DNA of 64,000 nt, taken from assembly GCF_006345805.1 (NCBI RefSeq), contig NC_043000.1, positions 139,934,001 through 139,998,000 of the forward strand, read 5' to 3'. Numbering within the stretch: position 1 is the first letter of the stretch; each line of letters opens with the position of its first letter. Origin of the DNA: Octopus sinensis. Lineage: Eukaryota. Position numbers and translations under genes: made by a program. The notes under the pieces are model-generated. The model did not search any database. It had not been told where the DNA came from and saw only the letters and a program-made list of their open reading frames with translations. Positions 1 to 11,619 of this stretch are shown piece by piece.

Positions 1-23
1 AATTAAATTAATTCTTGAGAATT

Positions 24-73
24 CTTGAGACTGATGTCAGTTTCGGCAATTTCTGTTGCCATCATCAGTTAAG
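24..73 (-). ncRNA. Predicted type I hammerhead ribozyme (Penelope-like repeat)
   Basis: Minus strand reads CTTAA-CTGATGA-T-GGCAA cagaaa TTGCC-GAAAC-TGAcaTCA-GTC-TCAAG: intact core, 5-bp stem II, stem III, GUC triplet, stem I with one mismatch. Confidence 0.75.
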
Positions 74-506
74 TCAGGCCGGTGTTCGGCTCTTTCCGGA
101 CCTGTTTTTCTAATATTATATATATATTTTTTCGTCATCTAAAGTAATGGATGTTTTAGCGATTCGCTAAAGTCTATACACAAAATTAATATAAATGCTT
201 AGTTTTAAGAATTCTTGGCCGGTATTTTTCGGGCGATTATGGTCCGTGTTAGTGTATATGTTTTCATTGATCTGCGTTAACAACTGCATTAGCGCACCAA
301 AATACAAGATGAACCAATATCTTGACATGAGGTGCAGAAGAAGGCAGCGGAATCAAACTCCCTTATACACCAAATGGGCCATATCTGGGGCAAAGGCGCA
401 TACAGAAGTGGTGATGTGAAACATCCCAGACTGAGGAAACCAGAAAGACCACGGTGGTGCACCAGCATGACCACAGCTGCATGACTGAAACGACTAAAAG
501 AATAGA

Positions 507-549
<43 letters not shown>

Positions 550-710
550 TTCTTTATTTTCTCTCCTTGTTTCTTTCTGTGTTCTTTCTGTGGAAGAGCG
601 TAGGTTTGAAACGTTAAATAATTTTTCACTTCCCGAGCGTTATACTAATACATGTGTTTGTTGTCTACTCCACCTGTCTTCGTCCTTTGTTTTTTTGTGA
701 ATTCTCCCAA
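550..710 (+). mobile_element. Penelope-like terminal repeat fragment with degenerate minimal hammerhead
   Basis: 585-618 TTT-CTGTGGA-A-GAGCgtagGTTT-GAAAC-GTT-AAA resembles 15701-15733 with a core mutation; flanked by microsatellites. Confidence 0.55.
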
Positions 711-722
711 TATACACACACA

Positions 723-771
<49 letters not shown>

Positions 772-1429
772 GCGTAACTAATGATGCTGTTCTAAAATAA
801 CTAAATGATTTTGACGGCGTGAAACTTATTCACTAATAAAATAAAAGGCTTCATACAAATATAAGAAATCTTTATCTAAGAAAGAACTATAAGACAAATT
901 TTATATTCTTATTGATTATAGTTGTCTCATTCATAAATTACCAGTGCTAGGTATTAATGTATACTAGCCATTATTTCCTATAACATGTGGATATGTGACA
1001 TGGTACTACATCAATGTGGAGTACGTGCTACAGTATTGGTTTCCCTTACATGCATTCGTCTTTATGTAAGTACATAAGCTCAACAATGCCCATAGGAGGG
1101 TATTACACAACTTTGCATCGTTAGATATGTATAAAAGGCGGCTTGTGAAAATACTTCATTCACATAAATACTCTTGCTCTATCTATATATCTATTTATTT
1201 ATTTATACACACACACACACGCACACACACACAACATGTATAGAATTAATATTACAACCACGATGAATCAATGGGTAAATAAAATAAATTTATTTAGCAG
1301 TATAATTATCCAAATATATCAAAGAAACTCGCTTTTTATATGTATAAATGTACACAAGCAAACAACAGGCACAGACAAACACTTACGTATAAAATTATAT
1401 AAGGAGGCATATAAATAGTTACACACATC

Positions 1430-1482
<53 letters not shown>

Positions 1483-2454
1483 TTATGCATACATTTATAT
1501 ATATGTGTATATGCATGTGTGTGTGTGTGTGTCAGCACACAGACACTCGCGCACACACACACACATACATATATGAGAGATAAAGGCTGAAATTTTCTGA
1601 TTAAACATCAACATTGATAAAAATCTAATTATGAATATTTGATGCACATTAGACATTTTTTTGTTGCAATCTATAAATTGAAATTCGGCTCATGAAAACC
1701 TCATTCCATGACCCTCGAGGGTTTATAAACATGACAGTGTTAATAGAATGTCTTACACTATTATCTTTAATCGACCAACGCAAGAATATATTTGCTGAAT
1801 TTTGGTAACGATTTCTTGCTCGGAATCATGACTCAGTATGTACAAGCCAGCAGAAAAAAATTCTTATTTTACAGTAACTTCCCCCACTTTTATTCGTCAT
1901 AGTTATTGATTCTTTTCTATTTCATGTTCATTACTGAATCTTTTATTATCTAGCATTTACGCCCTCCCAATTTTCCCTTATATACATTCGTAGATACATA
2001 CCCCCACCCCCACCCCGCCATATATATTGATGTTAATATATACTATTTAAACAGTTTGATTCGGCTCCGAACAACTTCAAGTTTCGCTGGCTCCTAACGA
2101 GAGCCCATCTCTTTTGGATTGTCGAATGGAAAGATCTAGGAAGTCCACATATATTTAAGAATGTGTGTGGGTCTGTATTATACTTGCGTGTCATCCGTCA
2201 TATGACGGTTAATTTTGACGTGTACTTATGTCACTAAAGATAATAATATCAGGAAACATATATGTACATACAATAATTATGATTCCATGTTTATCAAATG
2301 TTCCATTCACTTTGCCATCTTTTTCCTTCTCTTGCTAATCACCACCGTTCTCCTTGCTAAGTTTTTGTTCCATTAAATGAAACAGCGATTTGAAATAATT
2401 ATTTACACCAACAATTGACTGCTATTCGTTTTATACAATTTTCGGGTACAAGTG

Positions 2455-2546
2455 TTGCTGTTGTTGTTGTTGTTGTTGTTATTGTTGTTGTTGTTGTTGT
2501 TGTTGTTCTTGTTCTTCTTCTTCTTCTTCTTCTTCTTCTTCTTCTT

Positions 2547-2599
<53 letters not shown>

Positions 2600-2719
2600 C
2601 ATCATCATTATTATTATTATTACTATTATTGCTGTTGTTGTTGTTGTTATTATTATTATTATTATTATTATTAATATTATTATTATTATTATTATTATCA
2701 TTATTATTATTATTATTAC

Positions 2720-2750
<31 letters not shown>
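2455..2750. repeat. Compound trinucleotide microsatellite (TTG/TTC/TTA)
   Basis: Directly visible; source of the poly-I/N/L ORFs. Confidence 0.98.
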
Positions 2751-2779
2751 GCTGTTCCTTCGTACACAGTGTAGGTAAA

Positions 2780-3240
2780 AATGCACCAGAGTCTTTAGTC
2801 ATTTGTCAAATCACAACAAGGACCTCAGACAGATAATGCTTTCTTTAAGATATGCGCTGTGCCCAATAAGGCTGCTTTTTGCAAGACATCAATCTCGCAT
2901 GGGATTTCCAGTTGCCTTAAGGAGGTTTGAAGTTGCAATGGGATTGAGCCCAACGCTACGATCACCACTGATATTACTTTTACATTACCCTCTCGCCTTC
3001 TATATAGTCTTGCCATTTCCACTTTCAATTCGAGAACTTGGCGACTTTTTCAACCTCTTTACTCACAAAATTCATGTCATTTGGCATAGCTACATCAATG
3101 ATCTAACAGTATTTGTCTCTCTTATTCAATATGACAATATCCGGTCGACGGTGTTCGATTACACGACGTCTGAAAATCGTTGTCTCAGAGTATCGTTACT
3201 TTTTCATCCTCCTGCATAACTTTACTTGGTACATACTCAT
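2780..3240 (-). mobile_element. R4/Dong-type LINE 3' fragment
   Basis: Translation VISVVIVALG...LQKAALLGTAHILKKAL matches the C-terminus of 21628-22440; tail abuts (TAA)n. Confidence 0.8.
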
Positions 3241-3700
3241 ACCAGTTCACTGTTACTTCGTATTGATATTTACGGCATAAGAGCCAATGAAGATACACAC
3301 ACACCTTATCGTGGCGGTGCTTGTATTCTTTTTTCTTTCCTCTTTTTTTCTGTTTTTTTTCTGTCTTCCTTTTTTGTCTTTTTCTTTTCGCCTGTTGTAT
3401 AATTAAAACTTAAAAACTGATGATGTCATTCCATCAACGTGTGGATGCTGGTTGCTCTCGTTCATACTTTATGTTTAAATTTTTATAATTTTGAATTTTT
3501 ATCACTTCTTGTTTTGAACTTGATCAAGTCAGAATTACTGTTGAAATATCGTTCAACCAATAAAATATCTATAACAATCGAATCGCGCTCTTCGTCTTGA
3601 CTGTTTACCTTAGTGAAGATTTATGTCAAACCTTTTTAAAATATTATCATTCTTCTTCTTCTTCTTCTTCTTCTTCTTCTTCTTCTTCTTCTTCTTCTTC

Positions 3701-3739
<39 letters not shown>

Positions 3740-3801
3740 TATTATTATTATTATTATTTTTTTAAGGGGTTACCCATAATAATATAATAATAATAATAAT
3801 A

Positions 3802-3863
<62 letters not shown>

Positions 3864-3876
3864 CATTATTGTTATT

Positions 3877-3931
<55 letters not shown>

Positions 3932-3933
<2 letters not shown>

Positions 3934-4043
3934 GAGTGAGAGAGCAGTGCATGCCATCAAAGTGACACTGGGGTAAAAATATACAAAGCCCAGTATACCC
4001 ATCATGACTACCCGTCTGATAAGGGTACACCAGGCACATGCAT
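3932..4043 (-). mobile_element. 3' fragment of the 560-bp (TAA)n-resident element
   Basis: Near-identical to the 3' end of 13494-14060. Confidence 0.85.
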
Positions 4044-4058
4044 CTATTATTATTATTA

Positions 4059-4172
4059 ACTTTGCCTCTCATCCTTTCGGGGTTGTTGAAATAAATATTA
4101 GATAAGCACTGGGGTCGATGTAATCGACTTAATCCTTTCCCCCAAATGTGAAGCCTTGTGCTTCCAGGAGAA
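4059..4172 (+). mobile_element. SINE family B fragment
   Basis: ctttgcctctcatcctttcggggttg...cactggggtcgatgtaatcgact is shared with the family B copies. Confidence 0.7.
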
Positions 4173-5087
4173 AGGATTATTTTTATTATTGGCGTCGTCA
4201 TCGTTGTTAGGGTTATTTTGCCAATAAAACATTAATAACTTTTGATGTAAGTGCAAAAACAAAATTTGGAAAATGGTTAACTTGTATACCGGTTCTCTAA
4301 TTGAAACATTTTGCAAGCTATGACAATATATCAACTGCTCTTAAATTCACGTGACTTTTCTATTCGCCATTCTTCTGTCGTTAGCTATCTATCGTTACAC
4401 AGGGACTCATTTAGAAACGACAAGATTTTAAGTTAGGTGTGCTATGCTTAGTAAAATATGATACAAAAGTGTAATTAAGTTGGTTTAATGAAATTTAGTA
4501 GTCACAGGTATTATTTAGTTAACATGCTGCTTAGGTGTTAAAAAAGAAAATCAATTTCACCAGTAGTTACAACAGTAACATTACGTAATTTCGTAATAAG
4601 GATAGGTAAAATTCCTTCATTCTATTTTCAGTAAGCCTTCATTATGTTGCTTCAATAGGCACCAATTGGCATGGCATCTTCTTATGATATCTCAAGTATT
4701 TCACAATTCAAGTGAACTTTGTGCAGCAACAAATACCTCTGAGAAGGCAATCCGATCGCTTGCATTATTAACAGGATATATTTATGAACCTATTTTGGAA
4801 ACAGACATGGGATCATAAAAGCAAATATTCACGAATTACATTTCATGCATCAATAACCGTTGTTTTCCAGTGAATGTGATTGTTTACACCTTTTATTATT
4901 ATATATATACTTTAGGTGCGGATGTTTTTTTTTTATTTTATACGGCGCCGTATATTACAATCTTGTAAATAATAATAATGGTATTTTTATATAAGCTTAA
5001 AGCTTATGGCGATCACCATGCAACGACTAAGGGAAATAGTTTAACAAAGGGGTATAGAAGCCATCGACAGAAAAAAGAGAAGGCTTT

Positions 5088-5155
5088 CCCATCCGCGTAG
5101 GAGTCGAACCCACATCCCCTTGTTAACGTGACTGTGTTACCTTTACACCAACGAA
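5088..5155 (-). other. tRNA-like segment with Pol III A/B boxes
   Basis: Minus strand has TTGGTGTAAAGG and GGTTCGACTCC at tRNA-like spacing; no convincing anticodon arm. Confidence 0.5.
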
Positions 5156-5247
5156 TATGCTTTTGATACGAATGGTTTTTTATATGGCGCCGAGTTTACA
5201 ATCCTGTAAATAATAATAATGGTATTTCTATATAAGGTTAAAGCTTA

Positions 5248-5533
5248 TGGTTAGGGCAGCGGACTCGCGGTTGTAGGATCGCGGTTTTGATTACCAGACC
5301 AGGCGTTGTGAGTGTTTATTGAGCGAAAACACCTAAAGCTCCACGAGGCTCCGGCAGGGCGTGGCGGCGACCCCTGCTGTACTCTTTCGCCACAACTTTC
5401 TCTCACTCTTTCTTCTGTTGGCCTGCTCGCTTACCCAGCGGGGTGGCGTGATTTGAAGGCTAAAACAATGCGATCCGCATTGTGACCAGCGATGTGTAGC
5501 AACATCTTGATAGCCTGGTCGGTGACGGTGACG

Positions 5534-5535
<2 letters not shown>
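5248..5535 (+). mobile_element. tRNA-derived SINE family C
   Basis: tRNA(Arg)-like head ggttagggcagcggactcgcgg...; homologous to 19870-20136 and 41640-42024. Confidence 0.85.
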
Positions 5536-5569
<34 letters not shown>

Positions 5570-5767
5570 AGGTATTAGACTGGGGCCATGCAAGGGCACC
5601 GCCTTGGATTTGGTTTCAGACGGATTAATCGACCCCAGTACTTCTATCGGTTGCTTTTGCTAAACCGCTAATTTACGTGAAAGTAAACACACTAACACCG
5701 GTTGTCAAGCGGTGGTGGGGACAAACTAAGATACAAAGACACACACAAATGTATATATACATATATC

Positions 5768-5944
5768 GGTGCCACCTCACTCTCCCGTGAACATCTAGAT
5801 TCTTTCCTCTCTTTCGTCCAATCTTTCCATCCAGCCCTCCACTTCACTTCCACTATCTCCAACACCTCTGTCTCCTTCCTCGACATTTCGGTTAGCATTC
5901 TTCACTCTACTCTTACCACCTCCATTCACTACAAACACACAGAC
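5768..5944 (+). pseudogene. Penelope-like element reverse transcriptase fragment
   Basis: HLDSFLSFVQSFHPALHFT...VSFLDISV...TSIHYKHTD fits the PLE RT 'HP.L.FT...FLD...Y.K.TD' region; runs into the gap. Confidence 0.8.
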
Positions 5945-6044
5945 NNNNNNNNNNNNNNNNNNNNNNNNNNNNNNNNNNNNNNNNNNNNNNNNNNNNNNNN
6001 NNNNNNNNNNNNNNNNNNNNNNNNNNNNNNNNNNNNNNNNNNNN
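5945..6044. other. Assembly gap (100 N)
   Basis: Run of N. Confidence 1.
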
Positions 6045-6153
6045 ACGTTAAAGACTTGTTTTTATTTATATTTCCTGAGCGCCATACTAATACAATTGTT
6101 TTTTGTTTTCCACCTCCACCTCTTCTTTTGTCTATTTTCATAAAGCTTCCCGT
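6045..6153 (+). mobile_element. Penelope-like terminal repeat, 3' part
   Basis: Begins ACGTTAAA (3' end of the minimal HHR motif) and aligns with 611-710. Confidence 0.6.
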
Positions 6154-6292
6154 TATACATACATATATATATATATATATACATACACACACATATATAT
6201 ACATATATATATGTATATATATATATGTGTGTGTATATATATATATGTATATATATATATGTGTGTATATATATGTATATATATATGTGTGT

Positions 6293-6665
6293 CTTCGAAA
6301 CACGCTGGAGTTGAACTAGGGACAGCTGATGAAGGGGATTTTTCCTGTGTAGTTTGTCTTGTATCCTGTTTTTTCATTGTTTAAAAAAATGGTCCGTTCC
6401 CTGTTTGTTTTTACTTTTTCGTTTTCGTTTTTCGTTTCCCGTTTAGTTCTACGTCTAATTGTGGTGTCCTGTACTCACGTATATATATTTATATATGCAT
6501 GTATATATACATGTAGATGTAGGTACGTACATATATGTATGTATGTATGCATATATTTTTTTATTACACTATTGTATGACTGAGCGCCCTCGCGTCGATT
6601 CGATTCGATTCGTTTCGGTTTCGTTTCGTTTCGTTTCTTCTTCTTCTCTAAGCCAGTTTTTATTT
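6293..6665 (+). mobile_element. Repeat family F copy (partial permuted hammerhead)
   Basis: Homologous to 30900-31245 and 45151-45440; carries CTTCGAAACACG and TAGGGACAG-CTGATGA-AGGGG. Confidence 0.75.
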
Positions 6666-6667
6666 AT

Positions 6668-6701
<34 letters not shown>

Positions 6702-6805
6702 ATATATATATATAATATATATATATAATTCTAGCTATCATTGCAATACAATAGTATCACTTCCAGCCAAATAAATCATCGTACAGGTAGAATTATAAAT
6801 AAGAA

Positions 6806-7116
6806 ATAGTGATACGACAAGGCTCCAATGTTTACTGGAAATAACAGTCGATAACGATACGCCGCTCTGTAAAGCTTCATTGAAATATATACTGGCAAAG
6901 ATGTATGCGGAAAGCGAACATAAAAAATTTTCGTTTTACCGATAGGTAAAAGCTGATAATCTAGGTTCCGATGTTCTGCCCAGAGGTAAGGCAAACATTT
7001 CTATGTTCGCTGCTCGCATACATCTTTGCCTGTATATATTTCAGTGATGCTTTACATATCGTCATATCGTTATCTACTGTATTTTCAACAACATTGGTGC
7101 CTTGTCGTACCACTAT
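6806..7116. repeat. Imperfect inverted repeat (~120-bp arms)
   Basis: 6806-6926 pairs with 6998-7116. Confidence 0.85.
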
Positions 7117-7184
7117 ATAATATATATATATATATATAATATATATATATATATATAATATATATATATATATATACATTTGAG

Positions 7185-7495
7185 TAGTTGAATGAATTAT
7201 CTTGTTATGGTTAATTCGGTTAATCGATACCTGGGTTGCAAATTCACGTCAGAAAAACACGGTTGAAGCTACATGCCTAGGGCAGAGATCACGTGCTTTC
7301 GTGTGGAAATTTGTGTGTTTTTTTAATGAAAGAATGGAGTTAAACGACGAATTAACAAAATTCATTTATTTTCAAACATATGTTTCGAAGGCTGCATATT
7401 CCTAATTTCGAAATTAGGAATATGCAGCCTTGGAAACATATGTCGAAAATAAAGGAATTTTGTTAATTCGTCGTTCAACTCCATTCTTTCATTTA
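7185..7495. mobile_element. Penelope-like terminal repeat with loopless palindrome
   Basis: 7191-7267 matches the reverse complement of ~10540-10618; 7325-7493 is a palindrome centred on 7409/7410. Confidence 0.75.
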
Positions 7496-7548
7496 TTTGT
7501 GTATATATATATATATATATATTATTATATATATATATATATATATAT

Positions 7549-7580
<32 letters not shown>

Positions 7581-7581
<1 letters not shown>

Positions 7582-7932
7582 AGATAAGACATGGAGCAAT
7601 AATTACAATGAGAAGTGGATCATTGGTGATTAAGTCATTTTTATTGAATTTAGAACATTGACACGCATCCAATTGACACGCATCTACTAACACGTGGAAA
7701 TATATAGGTTAATAAAATATAAGTCTTTAGCTTTAACTCTTTTCTTTTTCTTCTTCTTTTTCTTTGCCTTTCTTTTCCCTCTAATCATTGTGAAGACGTT
7801 TATTAAATGTAACGAGGTAAATGTAAATGATAAGCAGAAACAGCTGTAACCGTTCCAAATTCAATTAAATAATGACTTTTAAACACCAATGATCCACTTC
7901 TCATTGTTAATCATTGCTCCGTTTCTTATCTT
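7581..7932. repeat. Imperfect inverted repeat (~75-bp arms)
   Basis: 7581-7656 pairs with 7853-7932. Confidence 0.8.
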
Positions 7933-8096
7933 TATATATATTAAACCACGGCTTTACCTTTACATTACCTACTACCGTATACATTATAACGAGGACTATA
8001 CATAGTGAGGTAATACACCAGTAGTGCCTACGGATACATCTATCCCTTAGATGGTTGCATAACGGCTAACTTATATCTTGCTTAAATATTTCAATT

Positions 8097-8166
8097 AACC
8101 TGAAGATTGACTGTAACCATAACTCGAATTATTACGAATTGTACAGCCATGAAACGATCGTAGTGT
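8097..8166 (+). ncRNA. Predicted type I hammerhead ribozyme
   Basis: AC-CTGAAGA-T-TGACTGTA...TACAGCCA-T-GAAAC-GATC-GTA-GT; palindromic stem III ACGATCGT; very short stem I. Confidence 0.65.
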
Positions 8167-8348
8167 TTTACTCTTTATCTTTTATTAAACTTTTAATACT
8201 TTTTATATATATTTAAAATAATATAAATTAATTAATTTTATGTATTGGCTTATGTTTTTCATTGTTTGATTTGCCTAATAGTGGTTTTATCGCTAATTTA
8301 ATATAATATATATATATAATATATATATATATTATATATATATGTATA

Positions 8349-9620
8349 TCAGGTCATTAAGAAAGAATTGTTCGATTTTGAACTAAAACTTTATTTTCCT
8401 TTATCTCAACAAAATCAATTCTGTTAATCAAAGTATGCACTTAAATTATCTGCACAGTGTTACCAATTTATTGGTAGCTAATTTATGCTGGCACGAAGAA
8501 TTCTGGAAAGCAAAAGGTGATGAAATCACGAAAGGCTGGTTTTGCATCTTCTTCAGATTTGAAGTTTTTTCCTTGCAAAAAGTTTCTAATGCCTGGAAAA
8601 CGTGATACTCGGTTGGTGCAAGGTCTGGTAAATATGGTGAATGACAGAGTACTTCCAACTTCAGTTCCTGTAACTGGAGTAGCGTCCCTTGTGCAACATA
8701 TTGTTAACCATTGTCTTGCAAGAGAATTGGCCCGTCTCTATTGACTAATCTCGGTTGTTTAATTATAAGTTCACTCATCATTTCATCCATCTGGTTGATG
8801 TATACATCTGCTGTAATTGACTGACTAGGTCTCATGAAGCTGTAGAGGATGACACCAGAGCTGGGCCACCAAACAAACACTATTAGCTTTTTTGGGGGGA
8901 ATATTCTATTTTGAGTTGTGTTTTGGCATTTCGTCTCTATCCAACCACCGTACAGAAAATTTGCTATTGTTGAAGAAAATCCATTTTCATCATACGTATC
9001 AATACGATGCAAAAATGGTTCACTCTTATGCCATGATAACAAAGAACAGCAACTTTGAAGATGACGAGTCATTGAATGCTCATTCAGTTCGTGTGGTACC
9101 CACTTGTCCAGCTTCTTTACCTTGGCGATTTGTTTCAGATGGAATCGAAGCATCAAACGTTGCTGCTAACTCACGGGTAGCTTGAGATGTGTATCCGCTT
9201 CTACTACAGTTTCCAGCTCATCATTATCCACCTTGGTCTCAGGTCAACCAAGGGACTGATTTTCAAGGGTAAAGTCACCAGACCGGAACTTCTGAAACCA
9301 TTGACGTACAGTGCTCTTATTCGCCACATCTTCACCAATCAACTCATTGATGTTTCTAGCTGTCTGCAATGCATTGGTTCCACGAAGGGAATTCGTATTT
9401 ATAAACAACACGAATATTTTATCTATTCATGGGTTCACAAAAATTGATTTACAAGAGAAAACTCAGAATATAATCAGACACCATGAATTGCATTTCGAAA
9501 AGTGATGATGTAACTCTTCAACGTTATAATACAGAGAATCGTCAGGATAAAACATTAGAGTTAACAACTGTCAAACTTTGGTGCATAAGAAAATCGGACA
9601 TTTCATTCTTAATGACCTGA
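8349..9620 (-). mobile_element. Mariner transposon, full length, decayed
   Basis: TIRs TCAGGTCATTAAGAA / TTCTTAATGACCTGA with flanking TA; WVPHEL, TYDE, LQDN and HSPYLPDLAPT motifs broken by frameshifts. Confidence 0.95.
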
Positions 9621-9635
9621 TATATATATATATAT

Positions 9636-9713
<78 letters not shown>

Positions 9714-9792
9714 CTAGGTATATATATATAGATAGGTAGATAGATATACATATACATACATACGTATACATATATATATATATATATTATAT

Positions 9793-9870
<78 letters not shown>

Positions 9871-9874
<4 letters not shown>

Positions 9875-10095
9875 GTGAATGGAAGAAATGGAGTTGAACG
9901 AAGATTGTACAGAATTCCTTTTATTACATTCTACACATGTTTCAAAGGCCACAATTTTCCAAATTCTGATTAAATAAGGATACCTTATTGCAGCTTTCTC
10001 TTCAGGAAAAACCAGGAATTACGTTGTCAGAACAAAACAAAACAAAGGCGCAGCAAAGCAATTCGAACGAGGACGCTCCTTAAGAGCCCATGGGT
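9871..10095 (-). mobile_element. Penelope-like terminal repeat with predicted hammerhead (9929-10008)
   Basis: Reverse complement of 10274-10478; lies between (TA)n runs. Confidence 0.75.
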
Positions 10096-10116
10096 ATATA
10101 TATATATATAATATAT

Positions 10117-10200
<84 letters not shown>

Positions 10201-10205
<5 letters not shown>

Positions 10206-10635
10206 GTGAATGGAAGAAATGGAGTTGAACGAAGATTGTACAGAATTCCTTTTATTACATTCTACACATGTTTCGTCCTCGTTCGAATTGCTTTGCTGCG
10301 CCTTTGTTTTGTTTTGTTCTGACAACGTAATTCCTGGTTTTTCCTGAAGAGAAAGCTGCAATAAGGTATCCTTATTTAATCAGAATTTGGAAAATTGTGG
10401 CCTTTGAAACATGTGTAGAATGTAATAAAAGGAATTCTGTACAATCTTCGTTCAACTCCATTTCTTCCATTCACTAATTATATTAAACTTCAATTATCCG
10501 CACCAACGCACGGTTGCAACACCATATGGTAATATCTCCAACCGTGTTTTTTCTGCTGTGATTTTTGCTACCCAGGTATCGGTTAAACTTTTGAATAATC
10601 CGTAACAAGATAATTCATCTTTCCATTTCAACAAA
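10201..10635 (+). mobile_element. Penelope-like terminal repeat with inverted 5' segment and predicted hammerhead (10341-10420)
   Basis: 10201-10274 is the reverse complement of 10406-10479. HHR: TTC-CTGAAGA-long stem II (GCTGCAAT/ATTGTGGC)-GAAAC-ATGT-GTA-GAA. Confidence 0.75.
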
Positions 10636-10649
10636 TATATATATATATA

Positions 10650-10878
10650 CTTTATTTAAAGCAGCAGAAAATTCAACAAAACCTGTTACTCTGAGTTTCA
10701 CGTTCCCGTTCGTCGGACAGTTTTTTCTAGCAAAAACTGTCCGACGAACAGGAACGTGAAACTCAGAGTAACAGGTTTTGTTGAATTTTCTGCTGCTTTA
10801 AATAAAGCATATTACTCTACCACTGGTATTTGAGTACTCTTTTTTCCACCTTGTTTCATATTTATGTGTTTACTCCGG
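10650..10878 (+). mobile_element. Palindromic-ended repeat with variant hammerhead (10737-10774)
   Basis: 10650-10807 palindrome centred on CTAG; CTGT-CCGACGA-AC..GT-GAAACTCaGAGT-A-ACAG; second copy at 55472-55620. Confidence 0.7.
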
Positions 10879-10903
10879 TATATGTATATATATATAGAGA
10901 GAG

Positions 10904-10953
<50 letters not shown>

Positions 10954-10985
10954 GTAAATAGATATACATATACATACATACATAC

Positions 10986-11027
<42 letters not shown>

Positions 11028-11031
11028 AAAG

Positions 11032-11587
11032 AGAGAAAGAGAAAGATAGAAAACTAAATTCCTTACCTCTTACATGTTTAAAAGTAGATGTTCGAATAAA
11101 CATCGACAATTTGCCTTGGGACGAAATAGCTGTAAAAGCGAGCGAGATGAATAAAAGTTTATTTCAAAATTGCAGTGGGTTAACGGTGGACTATAGTTTC
11201 GAGTTAATTTAGTCTAATTTCGCACTTATTACTCTCCTCAGCACCATCTCCCCATATTTACGAGAAATATGTATAATCTTAAAATATTACCTTATTCATC
11301 AGCAGCAATTCGAAGTTCAAGGTGTATAAATATTTTCAAAAAGTGGGAGAATAAGAAGGTATAAACGTTCCTTCCGAAAGATTCAACATGCTTCTTGCCA
11401 AGGCGGCAAATTATGCAGATATATATAGAAAGAGAGAAAGAGGAAGATAGAAAATGATCTTCCTTACATGTTGAAAAATAGATGTTCGAATAACCATCTA
11501 CAATTTGCCTTGAGACAAAATAGCTGTAAAATCGGGCGAGATGAATAAAAGCTTATTTTAAAATTACAGTGGGTTAACAGTGGACTA
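11032..11587. repeat. ~165-bp direct repeat pair
   Basis: 11032-11193 aligns with 11431-11587. Confidence 0.8.
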
Positions 11588-11619
11588 CGGAATTTGGACA
11601 GAACTAGAAAGATGTTCAC

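Noticed and set aside
2066-2120. Minus-strand hairpin followed by GAAAC-TTGAA-GTT
   Set aside because: The CUGANGA half is not recognisable.
2399-2786. Homopolymeric and YI/HT-repeat ORFs here and throughout the window
   Set aside because: Translations of microsatellites, not genes.
5052-5065. 14-mer shared with the LINE terminal repeat (GATGGCTTCTATAC)
   Set aside because: Matches of this length are expected by chance in an all-against-all comparison of 64 kb.
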